Part shown: in pieces, positions 18,256 through 27,722 of the stretch | How the letters are laid out: the number at the start of each line of letters is the position of its first letter | Numbering within the stretch: the stretch's first letter is position 1 | Source of the DNA: Candidatus Tepidifontimicrobium thermophilum | GTDB lineage: Bacteria; Sysuimicrobiota; Sysuimicrobiia; Sysuimicrobiales; Sysuimicrobiaceae | NCBI GenBank assembly: GCA_031459915.1 | Contig: JAVKHO010000016.1 | Location: forward strand, 9,851-73,850 | Length of the DNA stretch: 64,000 nucleotides | Reading direction: 5' to 3' | Notes under the pieces: model-generated | Database searches by the model: none | Seen by the model: the letters and a program-made list of their open reading frames with translations, nothing else | What the model was told of the DNA's origin: nothing | Made by a program: the position numbers and the translations under genes

Positions 18256-19119
18256 CTATCCCTTGATCGCGCCTGCCGTGAGGCCCGCGATGAACCGGTC
18301 GATGAAGGAGCTGTACACCACCGCGATGGGGACGCTGGTGATCAAGCAGGCGGCCATCAGGGAGCCCCAGTAGAAGACGTCCCCCCGCACCAGGGCCACG
18401 GGCACGCCCAGGCTCAGGGTCATCCGCTCCACCTGGCTGATGAAGGTGAGGGCGTAGACGAACTCCTGCAGGACCAGCGTGAACGCGAAGATCACCACGG
18501 TGAGCATCCCCGGGACCGCCAGGGGCAGTACCACCTTGCCGATGACCGCGAGCCGGCTGTAGCCGTCGATCATGGCCTGCTCCTCCAGGTCCCGGGGCAC
18601 GGAGCGGAAGAAGCCCATCATGAGCCAAGTGCAGAAGGGGATGGTGAAGGTGGGGTAGACCAGCACCAGGGCTCCCAGCTTGTTCTGCAGGCCCAGCAGT
18701 GAGATAACCCGGGCGAAGGGGATGAACAGCAGGGTGGGCGGGACCAGGTACGTGAGGAAGATGCCGATCCCGAGCCGCTCGCCCCACCGGCCCGCCAGCC
18801 GCGCCAGGCTGTACCCGGCAGGGACAGCCACCCCCAGGGTGATGGCCACCACCGCCAGCCCTACGAGGGCCGTGTTCTTCACCCACACCAGGTACGGGGT
18901 GCCGAAGAACAGGAGCCGCACGTGGTCCAGGGTGGGCGGGTCGTTGAAGATCCACGGCACGTGCTGCAGGTTAGTGGCGCCCACGTACAGGTCCCGGTTC
19001 TGCTTGAACGCAGTGAGGAACATCCAGTAGAAGGGGAAGACCGCGAACACGGTGAAGACCGCGGCGGCGGTGTACAGGGCGACCCGCTTGGCCCCCCGCA
19101 GCACCGCCCGCCCGGTCAC
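18256..19119 (-). CDS. Carbohydrate ABC permease (MalG-like)
   Basis: DLEEQAMIDG, multiple TMs, GLTAGAIKG end. Confidence 0.92.
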   Translation of the reverse strand: MTGRAVLRGAKRVALYTAAAVFTVFAVFPFYWMFLTAFKQNRDLYVGATNLQHVPWIFNDPPTLDHVRLLFFGTPYLVWVKNTALVGLAVVAITLGVAVPAGYSLARLAGRWGERLGIGIFLTYLVPPTLLFIPFARVISLLGLQNKLGALVLVYPTFTIPFCTWLMMGFFRSVPRDLEEQAMIDGYSRLAVIGKVVLPLAVPGMLTVVIFAFTLVLQEFVYALTFISQVERMTLSLGVPVALVRGDVFYWGSLMAACLITSVPIAVVYSSFIDRFIAGLTAGAIKG

Positions 19120-20060
19120 GTGCCCACCTCCGCCCGCCGGGCCAGCCGAAGCATGACCACCGCAGCCACCAGCAGCACCGGCAGCAGGAACAGGGCCACC
19201 GCGGCGCCCTCGCCCAGGTTGGCCCCCAGAATCCCCCTCTGGAAGGCCAGGGTGGCCAGGACGTGGGTGCTGTTGTAGGGCCCGCCGCGGGTCAGCAGCC
19301 AGACCACGCTGAAGTCGGTGGCGGTAAACACCACCCCGAACAGGACCGCCACCGTCACCACGGGCAGCAGCATGGGCAGGTTCACGTGGAAGAGCCGCCG
19401 GAAGAACCCGGCCCCGTCCACCACCGCGGCCTCCCGGATGTCCTGGGGGATGGCGCTCATGCCCGCCAGCACGATGACGGTAGCGAAGGGGAACATGCGC
19501 CACACGTGGACGGTGATGATGGCCACGGTGGCGAGCCCGGGCTCCCCGAACCAGTACAGCCAGCCCGGCAGCAGGCCCAAGACCTTCAGCGTCCAGTTCA
19601 CCACACTGAAGGTGGAGTCGAAGATCCACACCCACGCCATGGAGGCCAGCGCCACGGGCGCCGCCCACGGCAACAGAAGCAGAGACCGGACCAGCCGCTT
19701 GCCCACGAAGGCCGCGTCCAGCACGTGGGCCGCGGTCACCGCCAGGACCATCACCAGCACCTGCGACACCAGCATGAACCGCAGGGTGTTCCCCAACGAT
19801 CGGTGGAACTGCGGGTCGGACAGCAGCCGGGTGAAGTTCCGCAGCCCCACCCAGTTAAAGTCGAGGCTACCGGCGGTGGCGGAGGAGAAGCTCAGGAGGA
19901 TGGCCAGGACGAAAGGGACGCCCACCAGGAGGATCACGTACACGAGGGCCGGCGCCAGCATGAGCGGGCCCAGGACCGACTCCCGGTCCGCCAGGGTCCT
20001 TCGGGCGAACACCGGAGCGGGAGGAGCCAGGGTGACCTGCGCCTGAGGCCCCGAGGACAT
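19116..20060 (-). CDS. Carbohydrate ABC permease (MalF-like)
   Basis: VGLRNF, EAAVVDGA, LTRGGP. Confidence 0.92.
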   Translation of the reverse strand: MSSGPQAQVTLAPPAPVFARRTLADRESVLGPLMLAPALVYVILLVGVPFVLAILLSFSSATAGSLDFNWVGLRNFTRLLSDPQFHRSLGNTLRFMLVSQVLVMVLAVTAAHVLDAAFVGKRLVRSLLLLPWAAPVALASMAWVWIFDSTFSVVNWTLKVLGLLPGWLYWFGEPGLATVAIITVHVWRMFPFATVIVLAGMSAIPQDIREAAVVDGAGFFRRLFHVNLPMLLPVVTVAVLFGVVFTATDFSVVWLLTRGGPYNSTHVLATLAFQRGILGANLGEGAAVALFLLPVLLVAAVVMLRLARRAEVGT

Positions 20061-20062
20061 GG

Positions 20063-21145
20063 TCAGCTGGGCGCGGGTTTACGCAGGCCCGTGCGGGCGT
20101 CGAAGAAGCGCAGGTCCCGGCGCCGGACCGCGAACTCGTACGCCTCCCCTTCCGCGATGGGGAGGGTGACGGTGATGGGGACCGCGGCGATGACCGGCTG
20201 GTCGCTGCGCCGTTCCTCCTCCAGGTACCCGTAGGCTAGCCGGTCCGAGCCCAGGTACTCCACCTCCCGCACCCGGAGCCGGTAGGTCACGAGGTCGGCC
20301 TCTCCCCCGAACGCCTCCCGCGGCAGGAAGTGCTCGGGCCGGAAGCCCACCAGGGTTCGCTCGTCGTACTCCACCAGGTTCATGGGAGGCGAGCCGAGGA
20401 AGGTGGCCACGAAGGTGTCCGCGGGATTGTCGTAAACGTCCCGCGGGGTGCCGATCTGGCGGATCTTCCCTTTGTCCATGACGGCGATGCGGTCGCCCAA
20501 CCCCATGGCCTCCACCTGGTCGTGGGTCACGTAGATGGTGGTGGTGCCCAGCTGCCGCTGTAGCTGCTTGAGCTCGAACCGCGCCACCGCCCGCAGCTTC
20601 GCGTCCAGGTTGCTCAGGGGTTCGTCCAGCAGGAACACCCTCGGGTCCCGCACCACGGCCCGCGCCAGGGCCACCCGCTGGCGCTCCCCGCCGGAGAGCT
20701 GTCTGGGGTGCCGGTCCAGCAGGCGCTCCAGCCCGAACAGGGCCGCCGCCCACTCCACCTTCCGACGCAAAGTGGACCGCTCCACCTGAGCGGCCTCCAG
20801 GGGGAACGCGATGTTCTGAAAGGCGGTCTTGTGCGGGTACAGGGCGTAGCTCTGGAAGACCATGGCGATCCCGCGGGCCCGGGGCGGCACGTCGTCGTCC
20901 ACCCGCTCCCCCGCGATGTAGATCTCGCCCGCGGTGGGCCTCTCCAGGCCCGCGATCATGCGCATGAGGGTGGTCTTCCCGCAGCCGCTGGGCCCCAGCA
21001 GGACTACGAACTCCCCTTCCATCACGCACAGGTCCACCCCGTCCACGGCGCGGACGTCCCCGAAGTGCTTGCACAGGCCGCGGGTCTCCACGTACCCGAG
21101 GGCAGTCGGCTCCTCGGTGATCGGTGGACGAGTCAGCGTGCTCAA
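20063..21145 (-). CDS. Carbohydrate ABC ATP-binding protein (MalK-like)
   Basis: GPSGCGKTT, VFQSYALYPH, LSGGERQR, DEPLSNLDAKLR; TTG start after AGGAGGAGG. Confidence 0.93.
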   Translation of the reverse strand: MSTLTRPPITEEPTALGYVETRGLCKHFGDVRAVDGVDLCVMEGEFVVLLGPSGCGKTTLMRMIAGLERPTAGEIYIAGERVDDDVPPRARGIAMVFQSYALYPHKTAFQNIAFPLEAAQVERSTLRRKVEWAAALFGLERLLDRHPRQLSGGERQRVALARAVVRDPRVFLLDEPLSNLDAKLRAVARFELKQLQRQLGTTTIYVTHDQVEAMGLGDRIAVMDKGKIRQIGTPRDVYDNPADTFVATFLGSPPMNLVEYDERTLVGFRPEHFLPREAFGGEADLVTYRLRVREVEYLGSDRLAYGYLEEERRSDQPVIAAVPITVTLPIAEGEAYEFAVRRRDLRFFDARTGLRKPAPS

Positions 21146-21223
21146 CGACCTCCTCCTCGCGGGCGGGCCGGGCGGCCGTGCCCCCCGGCCCGCCCTCAAG
21201 ACTCGCAGCTCGGGCCCCGGAGC

Positions 21224-22678
21224 TTACCGGTCCCGTCCTCCGCCCACCAGACCCTGCTGCCGCCACTTGCGGAAGATCTCCACGCACCGACGGTGGGTCT
21301 GCTGGACCGCCTCCCTCACACTCAGCCGGCCCGTGGCCGCCTGGGCGAACATGTCCGGGATCAGGTAGGTGTCGAAGATCTCGCCCTCGGCGGGGTTGGC
21401 AGGCCCGGGGTGCCCGATGTTGGTGGACCACTGCTCCGCGTCCGCCAGCACCCGCAGCTTGTCCGGCGGGTTGGACCCGAAGGGGTCGCGGATCACTGCC
21501 GCCCGCATCCACCGGCGGCCCGCATCGGGCTTCTCCGCCACCGGCACCCGCCTGTCCGCCACGCTCCCCATGAAGGACGGGAAGTTGTACAGCTTGCTGG
21601 CCAGCACCGCGTCCCGGTAGTTGTCCACCAGGTGCAGCAAGAACTCCTTCGCCAGGTCGGGGCTGCGGGCGAACCGCCAGATCACCCACACGCCCATCAC
21701 GTGCTCGCTGGCCCACCGGCCGCCGGGGCCCCGCAGGGCCGGCACGAACCAGATGTCGTCCGCCACCGGGAGCCGGTTGTCCTGGGCGGTCCGGTACGCA
21801 GAGATGGAGTTGAGGATGTAGGCGGTCTGACGGGCGTTCAGGGCCTGGTTGTTGCTGGCCGCGTTCCAGCTCAGCACCGCCGGGTTCATGCACTCCCGGA
21901 ACAGCCGGACCCCGTACTCCACCGCGCGGATGGTCTGCTCGCTGTTGAGGACCACGTTCTCGTTGGCGTCCTGGATGCTGGCCCCGAAGGACCACAGGAT
22001 GGCCCGGGTGGCCATGTTGGAGTCGATGTCCTGGCTGAAGCCGATGCCGATGGGGATCTGGATCTCGGGGAACCGGCGCTTGATCTCGTTGCCCGCCTTG
22101 ATCAGGTCGTCCCACGTGGCGGGCCCGTTGGGGTAGCCCACCGCGGTCCACACGCTCTTCAGGTAGTCCCCGGGGTCGGGCACCCAGTTGTCGGAGAAGC
22201 CGTAGAACTTCCGGGAGTTAGGGTTGTACACGCTCTTGCGCACCAGGGGGACCATGGGCCCGTACCGCCGCTCCGCCTCCTGGTTGATGTCTCGGAGGTC
22301 CAGGACGTGGGGTTCGAAGGCTGAAGGCGGCGAGAGGAAGAAGAACAGGTCGTGGCCCTGCTGGGCCGCCACCTCCGCGTTCGCCCGCGGCACGATGTCC
22401 GCGAAGGACACGTGGTCTACAGTCACCTGCACCCCCCGCTCGCGGCCCCACCGCTGCGCGAAGGGGTCGAACCACTCGTCGAAGGCCGGCACGAAGTGGC
22501 TCCAGGTGAGGATCCGCAGGGTCCGCTGCTGGGCCAGGGAGTACTTGGGCACGTAGAAGTACGGCATGCCCAGGGCCGCGGTGGCCACCGCGGCCTTCCT
22601 GATGAACTCCCGTCGGGAGATGCGGACGTCCTCCGCCTGGGCGGCTCCCGCTCCCGCGGCCTTGCGAGACTCGTCCAT
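21224..22678 (-). CDS. Tat-exported carbohydrate ABC substrate-binding protein
   Basis: SRREFIR twin-arginine signal; heads the sugar ABC operon. Confidence 0.88.
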   Translation of the reverse strand: MDESRKAAGAGAAQAEDVRISRREFIRKAAVATAALGMPYFYVPKYSLAQQRTLRILTWSHFVPAFDEWFDPFAQRWGRERGVQVTVDHVSFADIVPRANAEVAAQQGHDLFFFLSPPSAFEPHVLDLRDINQEAERRYGPMVPLVRKSVYNPNSRKFYGFSDNWVPDPGDYLKSVWTAVGYPNGPATWDDLIKAGNEIKRRFPEIQIPIGIGFSQDIDSNMATRAILWSFGASIQDANENVVLNSEQTIRAVEYGVRLFRECMNPAVLSWNAASNNQALNARQTAYILNSISAYRTAQDNRLPVADDIWFVPALRGPGGRWASEHVMGVWVIWRFARSPDLAKEFLLHLVDNYRDAVLASKLYNFPSFMGSVADRRVPVAEKPDAGRRWMRAAVIRDPFGSNPPDKLRVLADAEQWSTNIGHPGPANPAEGEIFDTYLIPDMFAQAATGRLSVREAVQQTHRRCVEIFRKWRQQGLVGGGRDR

Positions 22679-22826
22679 CCCGAGCTTCACCCCCTCCCGG
22701 TGGTTGGGATCCCCGGCCCCCCTTGTTCGGGAAGTCCGGTCGTGCACTACCTACGCCGCCGCGCGCCCCCTTCCCTCCGCAAAGCACTCACCGGCTCGGA
22801 CCTGAGGGTGGACGGACGCGGGAGAG

Positions 22827-22902
22827 TGGTGGCCCCAGGGGAATTCGAATCCCCGTCTCCGCCTTGAGAGGGCGGTATCCTAGGCCTCTAGACGATGGGG
22901 CC
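22827..22902 (-). tRNA. tRNA-Glu(CUC)
   Basis: GGCCCCATCGTCTAG...CCGCC-CT-CTC-AA-GGCGG...TTCGAAT...GGGGCCACCA, 76 nt, CCA encoded. Confidence 0.96.
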
Positions 22903-22924
22903 ACGTCACGACCAAAGCCACCAG

Positions 22925-22998
22925 TGGCTGGGGGAGGAGGATTCGAACCCCCACTAACGGGTCCAGAGCCCGTCGTCCTACCGTTAGACGATCCCCCA
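22925..22998 (-). tRNA. tRNA-Gln(CUG)
   Basis: TGGGGGATCGTCTAACGGTAGGACG-ACGGG-CT-CTG-GA-CCCGT...GTTCGAAT...CCCCCAGCCA, 74 nt. Confidence 0.96.
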
Positions 22999-23041
22999 GG
23001 GCCTACACACCAAGCCCCGCGTTTCCGCGGGGCCCGCCGCT

Positions 23042-23071
23042 ATTGTGCCCGGCCCGGCTGCGGGTTGTCAA
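23042..23071 (-). promoter_or_regulatory. Sigma70-type promoter for the tRNA-Gln/tRNA-Glu pair
   Basis: TTGACA (23071-23066, overlapping the gltX stop) - 18 nt - CACAAT (23047-23042). Confidence 0.65.
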
Positions 23072-24621
23072 ACCGCGCTCCCCGCCGCCGTCCCGACCGC
23101 CACGGCGTGCTCCAGGCGCCGCAGGACCCGCTCCCGTCCCAGGACCTCCATGAGCTCGAACAGGCCGGGGCCCACGGTCTTCCCCGTGAGGGCCACCCGG
23201 ACCGGATGCACTACCGCCCGCATGGAAAGCCCGCGCTCCGCCGCGGCCCGGCGCAATGCGGCCTCGAGGGTGTCTGCGGCGAAGGGCTCCACCTCCCGGG
23301 CCACCTCCTGTGCTAGCCGCAGGACCGCCGCGGCCTGCTCCCCCTGGAGGTACGAGGCCACGGCCTGCGGCTCGTACCGCGGGGTTTCGAGGAAGAAGAA
23401 GTCCCCGTACCTGAGGACGTCCGCCCCCTCCTTGATCCGCTCGCCCAGCACCTCCACCACCCGCCGGACGTACGTGCGCTGCTCGGGAGGGAGTTGCTCG
23501 GGCAGCAGGCCCTGGCGGGCGAGGTAGCCGGCCACCAGATCCACCACCCGGTCGGGGTCCTCCCGTAGGGCCCGGCGCATGTACTCCCCGTTCATCCACA
23601 GGAGTTTCTGCCGGTCGAACACAGGGGAGGCACGCCCCACCTGGGACAGGTCGAACCGCTGGACCAGCTCCTCCGTGCTGAAGATCTCCCGGCCGTCCTC
23701 GGGGTACCAGGCCATGAGGGCGAAGAAGTTCCGGAGCGCCTCCGGGAGGTACAGCTCGTCCCGGTACTCCCGCAGGGCGGTGTCCCCGTGCCGCTTGCTG
23801 AGCTTCTTTCGATCGGGCCCCACCAGGACGGGAAGGTGGGCGAACTGCGGCGGCTCCCAGCCCAGGGCCCGGTACAGCAACACCTGGCGCGGGGTGTTGC
23901 TCAGGTGTTCGACCGCGCGGACCACGTGGGTGATGCGCATCCCGTGGTCGTCCACCACGTTGGCGAAGTTGTACAGGGCGGTGCCGTCGGACCGGACCAC
24001 GATGAAGTCGTCCAGCTCGTCCAGGGCGAAGGCCACCTCGCCCCGGATCAGGTCGTGCACCACCACGTACAGCCGGTCCCCGCCGTCCTCCCGCCGCGCC
24101 TGCAGCCAGCCGTCCGCGCTGACCCAGCGGGGGTCGTGGAACCGCCCCACGTCCAGCCGCAACGCCGGCCGCCGGCCCTCCCGTTCCAGCGCACGGACCT
24201 CGGCCTCCGACCGAGCCCGGCAACGCCCAGAGTAGCGGTACGGCCGCCGCTCCGCCAGAGCCCGCTGCCGCTCCTGCTCGATCTCCTCGGGCGTGCAGTA
24301 GCAGCGGTACGCCGCTCCCGCCCGCAGCAGCGCTTCGGCCGCCTCCCGGTACAGGTGCGCTCGCTGGCTCTGCCGGTACGGGCCGTACGGCCCCCCGACG
24401 TCCGGCCCCTCGTCCCAGTCGATCCCCAGCCACCGGAGGTCCTCGTAGATGGCCCGCTCGTACTCGGGGGAGGAGCGCGCGGGGTCCGTGTCCTCGATGC
24501 GCAGGACCACCTGGCCCCCGTGGCGCCGGGCGAACAGCCAGTTGAAGAAGGCCGCCCAGGCGTTCCCCACGTGCAGGTAGCCTGTGGGGCTGGGCGGGAT
24601 GCGGGTGCGCACCGAGCCCAT
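23068..24621 (-). CDS. gltX: Glutamyl-tRNA synthetase
   Basis: RIPPSPTGYLHVGN (HIGH), RIEDTD, KKLSKRHG (KMSKS), GPGLFE anticodon domain. Confidence 0.95.
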   Translation of the reverse strand: MGSVRTRIPPSPTGYLHVGNAWAAFFNWLFARRHGGQVVLRIEDTDPARSSPEYERAIYEDLRWLGIDWDEGPDVGGPYGPYRQSQRAHLYREAAEALLRAGAAYRCYCTPEEIEQERQRALAERRPYRYSGRCRARSEAEVRALEREGRRPALRLDVGRFHDPRWVSADGWLQARREDGGDRLYVVVHDLIRGEVAFALDELDDFIVVRSDGTALYNFANVVDDHGMRITHVVRAVEHLSNTPRQVLLYRALGWEPPQFAHLPVLVGPDRKKLSKRHGDTALREYRDELYLPEALRNFFALMAWYPEDGREIFSTEELVQRFDLSQVGRASPVFDRQKLLWMNGEYMRRALREDPDRVVDLVAGYLARQGLLPEQLPPEQRTYVRRVVEVLGERIKEGADVLRYGDFFFLETPRYEPQAVASYLQGEQAAAVLRLAQEVAREVEPFAADTLEAALRRAAAERGLSMRAVVHPVRVALTGKTVGPGLFELMEVLGRERVLRRLEHAVAVGTAAGSAV

Positions 24622-24624
24622 GGC

Positions 24625-25566
24625 CTACGTGAACAGGGCGCTGACGGACTCGTCCCCGTGGATGCGGCGGATGGCCTCCGCCAGCAGGGGCGCCGCGGAC
24701 AGCACCCGGACCTTGGGCGGCGCCTCGGGGTGTCGGGGGATGGTGTTGGTGACGATGACCTCCCGGATCTCGGGCCGGCTCAGCCGCTGAAGGGCAGGGC
24801 CCGCGAACACCGCGTGGGTGGCGCACACGTACGCCTCCGGCTGGGCCCCGTGCTGCACCAGGGCGTCCACCGCACCCGAGATGGTCCCCGCGGTGTCGAT
24901 GATGTCCTCGATGAGGATGGGAACCCGCCCCTCCACCTCGCCCACTACCTCCACGGGCTGCTTGGTGTCCTTGCCCACGCGCCGCTGGAAGACGATGGCC
25001 AGGGGCAGATCCAGGCGGTCGGCCAGCTGCTTGCTGCGCTTCACCGCACCGTCGTCCGCCGCCACCACCACCGCGTTGCGCAGGCCCTTGTGCCGGAGGT
25101 CGTCGCTGAACAGGGGCATGGCCCGCAGGTGGTCCACGGGGATGCTGAAGAAGCCCTCGATCTGTCCCGCGTGCAGGTCCACGGTCAGCACGCGGTCCAC
25201 GCCCGCGGTGATGAGGAGATCTGCCACCAGCCGGCCCGTGATGGGCTCCCGGGGCGCGTCCTTCTTGTCCTTCCGTGCGTAGCCGTAGTAGGGGATCACT
25301 GCGGTGATGCGGCCCGCGGACGCCCGGCGGAGGGCGTCCACCATGATGAGCAGCTCCATGAGGTTCTCGTTCACCGGGTGGCACAGGGACTGGACCACGA
25401 AGGCGTCCACGCCCCGCGCGTTTTCCTCGTAGCGCACGTAGATCTCCCCGTCCGCGAACCGCTCGATCCGCACCCGGCCCAGCTCCATGCGCAGGCACCG
25501 GGCGATCTCCTCCGCCAGGGGGCGGTTTGAGGTCCCGCTGAACAGCTTGAGGGGTCCGTACTCCAA
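24625..25566 (-). CDS. prs: Ribose-phosphate pyrophosphokinase
   Basis: FADGE, PYYGYAR, DLHAGQI, DIIDTAGT, ATHAVF, VTNTI. Confidence 0.93.
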   Translation of the reverse strand: MEYGPLKLFSGTSNRPLAEEIARCLRMELGRVRIERFADGEIYVRYEENARGVDAFVVQSLCHPVNENLMELLIMVDALRRASAGRITAVIPYYGYARKDKKDAPREPITGRLVADLLITAGVDRVLTVDLHAGQIEGFFSIPVDHLRAMPLFSDDLRHKGLRNAVVVAADDGAVKRSKQLADRLDLPLAIVFQRRVGKDTKQPVEVVGEVEGRVPILIEDIIDTAGTISGAVDALVQHGAQPEAYVCATHAVFAGPALQRLSRPEIREVIVTNTIPRHPEAPPKVRVLSAAPLLAEAIRRIHGDESVSALFT

Positions 25567-25595
25567 GGGCGCCTCCGGCCGCGGCCTCCGAACCC

Positions 25596-25604
25596 ACTAT
25601 AGCA
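25596..25604 (-). promoter_or_regulatory. Extended -10 element upstream of prs
   Basis: TG-C-TATAGT, 30 nt upstream of the prs start. Confidence 0.45.
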
Positions 25605-25618
25605 GCCGCAACGCGCGG

Positions 25619-25936
25619 TCAGCGAGCCGGGGGCGTCCGGGCCTCCACCAGGAACCGGATGGCGGTGCGCTCCTGACCGTCGATCTCGACCTTGGTGAAG
25701 GCGGGGATGGCCACCAGGTCGATCCCGTTGGGGGCGATGAACCCGCGGGTGATGGCGATGGCCTTCACCGCCTGGTTCACCGCACCCGCACCGATGGCCT
25801 GCAGTTCCGCCGACCCGTGCTCGCGCAGCAGGGCCGCCAGAGCTCCGGCCACGGCCTTGGGGTTGGAGTCCGCAGAGACCTTCAGGACCTCGGGCATCTC
25901 GACCACCCGCGGTGGGGCGGTCTTTCGCTCACGCAC
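25619..25936 (-). CDS. spoVS: SpoVS family protein
   Basis: VLKVSADSNPKAVAGALA...AIGAGAVNQAVKAIAI; the start may be the downstream ATG (MPEVLKV). Confidence 0.93.
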   Translation of the reverse strand: MRERKTAPPRVVEMPEVLKVSADSNPKAVAGALAALLREHGSAELQAIGAGAVNQAVKAIAITRGFIAPNGIDLVAIPAFTKVEIDGQERTAIRFLVEARTPPAR

Positions 25937-25957
25937 CGCGTAGGTTACTTTTCCTTG

Positions 25958-26698
25958 TCAACCCGCCCCTTCCCTCCTGGAGGCGGACCGGAGGACCAGC
26001 CAGGCGAAATGGGGCAAAGCGAGCTGCCTCCGCCACCGCCTGGGCTCCCGCAGCAGCCGGTACAGCCACTCCAGGTGGACCCGGCGGAGCCACGCAGGGG
26101 CTCTGGCGCTGCGGCCCGCCAGCACGTCCAGGCTCCCTCCCACCCCCATGGCCACCCGCACCCCTAGCCGGTCCAGGTGGCGGCTCAGCCATAGCTCCTG
26201 CCGGGGGCTGCCCAGCCCGCAGAACAGGAGGGCCGCGCCGGAACGCGCCACCGCCTCCACCACGGCCCCTTCTACTTGGAAGTATCCGTGGTGGGTACCG
26301 GCCACCGGCAAACCGGGCCAACGCCGGCGCAGCTCCGCCGCCGCCTGTTCTGCTACCCCCGGCAGGCCCCCGAGCAGGAAGATAGGCCAACCCTGGCGTG
26401 CTGCCCGCTCGCACAACGCCTCCATCAGCTCGACCCCGGGCACACGCTCGGGCAGGGGCCTGCCCAGCCGGCGAGACGCCCACACCACGCCGATCCCGTC
26501 CGCCACCACCAGGGAAGCTCCCCGCACGGCCCGGACTAGCTCCGGGTCCTTCCTGGCGGCCATCACCAGCTCCGGGTTGGCGGTCACCACCAAGTGAGCG
26601 CCGCCTGACTCCACGAGGGAGGCCACGCGGTCAGCCGCCTCGGCGAGTCTCACGGGGTCGAAGGGAACCCCGAGGACCCACACCCGGTCGGTCAACAC
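25958..26698 (-). CDS. tagA: WecB/TagA/CpsF family glycosyltransferase
   Basis: TANPE, ADGIG, ERVPGVEL, HHGYF, GLGSPRQE, GVGGSLD, EWLYRL. Confidence 0.92.
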   Translation of the reverse strand: MLTDRVWVLGVPFDPVRLAEAADRVASLVESGGAHLVVTANPELVMAARKDPELVRAVRGASLVVADGIGVVWASRRLGRPLPERVPGVELMEALCERAARQGWPIFLLGGLPGVAEQAAAELRRRWPGLPVAGTHHGYFQVEGAVVEAVARSGAALLFCGLGSPRQELWLSRHLDRLGVRVAMGVGGSLDVLAGRSARAPAWLRRVHLEWLYRLLREPRRWRRQLALPHFAWLVLRSASRREGAG

Positions 26699-27720
26699 AC
26701 CACCCCCACCAGCCCTGCGGCCAGCTGGGCGGGCCGGCGGGCCAGAGGCCGCAGGGAGTCGACCCTTTCCTGCAGCCGACCGGACGCCCCGGGGTCTTCG
26801 GCCAGCGCCACCACGTGGCGCGCCAGCTCCGGCGGATCCACAGAGTTAGCTGCTAGGCAGGGCATCTCCATAGAGGCGGCGAAGGACGACACCTTGGGGT
26901 CGTAGGCGAGCCCCACGAACGGTACGCGTGCCGCGGCCGCGAGGATCAGGGCGTGCAGCCGCATGCCCACCACCACCCGGGCGGCCGCCACGGCTTCCAG
27001 CGCCTCCCCGGGGCTGGAGGGTACCACCAGATCACAGCCCAGCTGCGCCGCCACGTCCTCCGACACCGAGCGGTCGGCAGCCCGGTGCAGGCACACCACC
27101 TGCGGCTGCAGTCCCGCCTCCCGGGCCGCCCGCCGCAGGGCCTCCAACAGGTGCGACCACGAGACCCCGGGCCACCGCCGGACGCACACCACGAGGGTGC
27201 GGTCCGGAAGGTGGGAGGCTGAAGCGGACAGGGCGAGCGCGGGATCGCACACCACCTCTAAGGCGCGCTCCACCCCAAGCTCCCGCAGCCGGTCCGCGGA
27301 GTCCTGGTCCCGCACCGTGATGGCGGCGGCCCCCTCCATCGCGCGCCGGGTCACCGCGCGGCTCGTCCGTCGGTGCAAGGGGCCGATGCCCTGGGCGTAC
27401 ACCAGCACGGGAGTCCCCCGGGCCAGCTCGTGCAGCAGGCCGTAGAACAACGGGCTACGCCAGGAGGTGACGTCCTGGAACAGGCTGCCTCCGCCGCTGC
27501 ACACCAGGTCTGAAGACCGGAACAGCCGTCGGACCGCCCGCAGGTCGCTCCTGGGCAGGCTGCGGACGCGATGCGTCCGCTCCGTCTGCGCCGGATCCCC
27601 CGACAGCACCCAGAGCTCCACGCCCGGCAGTGCCTCCCGGAGGTGCTCCACCATGGCCTGCAGGACCGCCTCGTCGCCGAGATTCCCGAAGCCGTAGTAG
27701 CCGAAGATGGCCACCCGCAC
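26692..27720 (-). CDS. csaB: Polysaccharide pyruvyl transferase
   Basis: GYYGFGNLGDEA, SGGGSLFQD, AQGIGP, VRD, GMRLHALI, YDPKV. Confidence 0.92.
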   Translation of the reverse strand: MRVAIFGYYGFGNLGDEAVLQAMVEHLREALPGVELWVLSGDPAQTERTHRVRSLPRSDLRAVRRLFRSSDLVCSGGGSLFQDVTSWRSPLFYGLLHELARGTPVLVYAQGIGPLHRRTSRAVTRRAMEGAAAITVRDQDSADRLRELGVERALEVVCDPALALSASASHLPDRTLVVCVRRWPGVSWSHLLEALRRAAREAGLQPQVVCLHRAADRSVSEDVAAQLGCDLVVPSSPGEALEAVAAARVVVGMRLHALILAAAARVPFVGLAYDPKVSSFAASMEMPCLAANSVDPPELARHVVALAEDPGASGRLQERVDSLRPLARRPAQLAAGLVGVVC

Positions 27721-27722
27721 CG

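Noticed and set aside
25619..25936. Evidence for sporulation
   Set aside because: SpoVS also occurs in non-sporulating bacteria, and no other sporulation genes are in the window.
25942..25961. Promoter TTGACA...TAACCT before spoVS
   Set aside because: The spacing is only 8 nt, incompatible with a sigma70 promoter.
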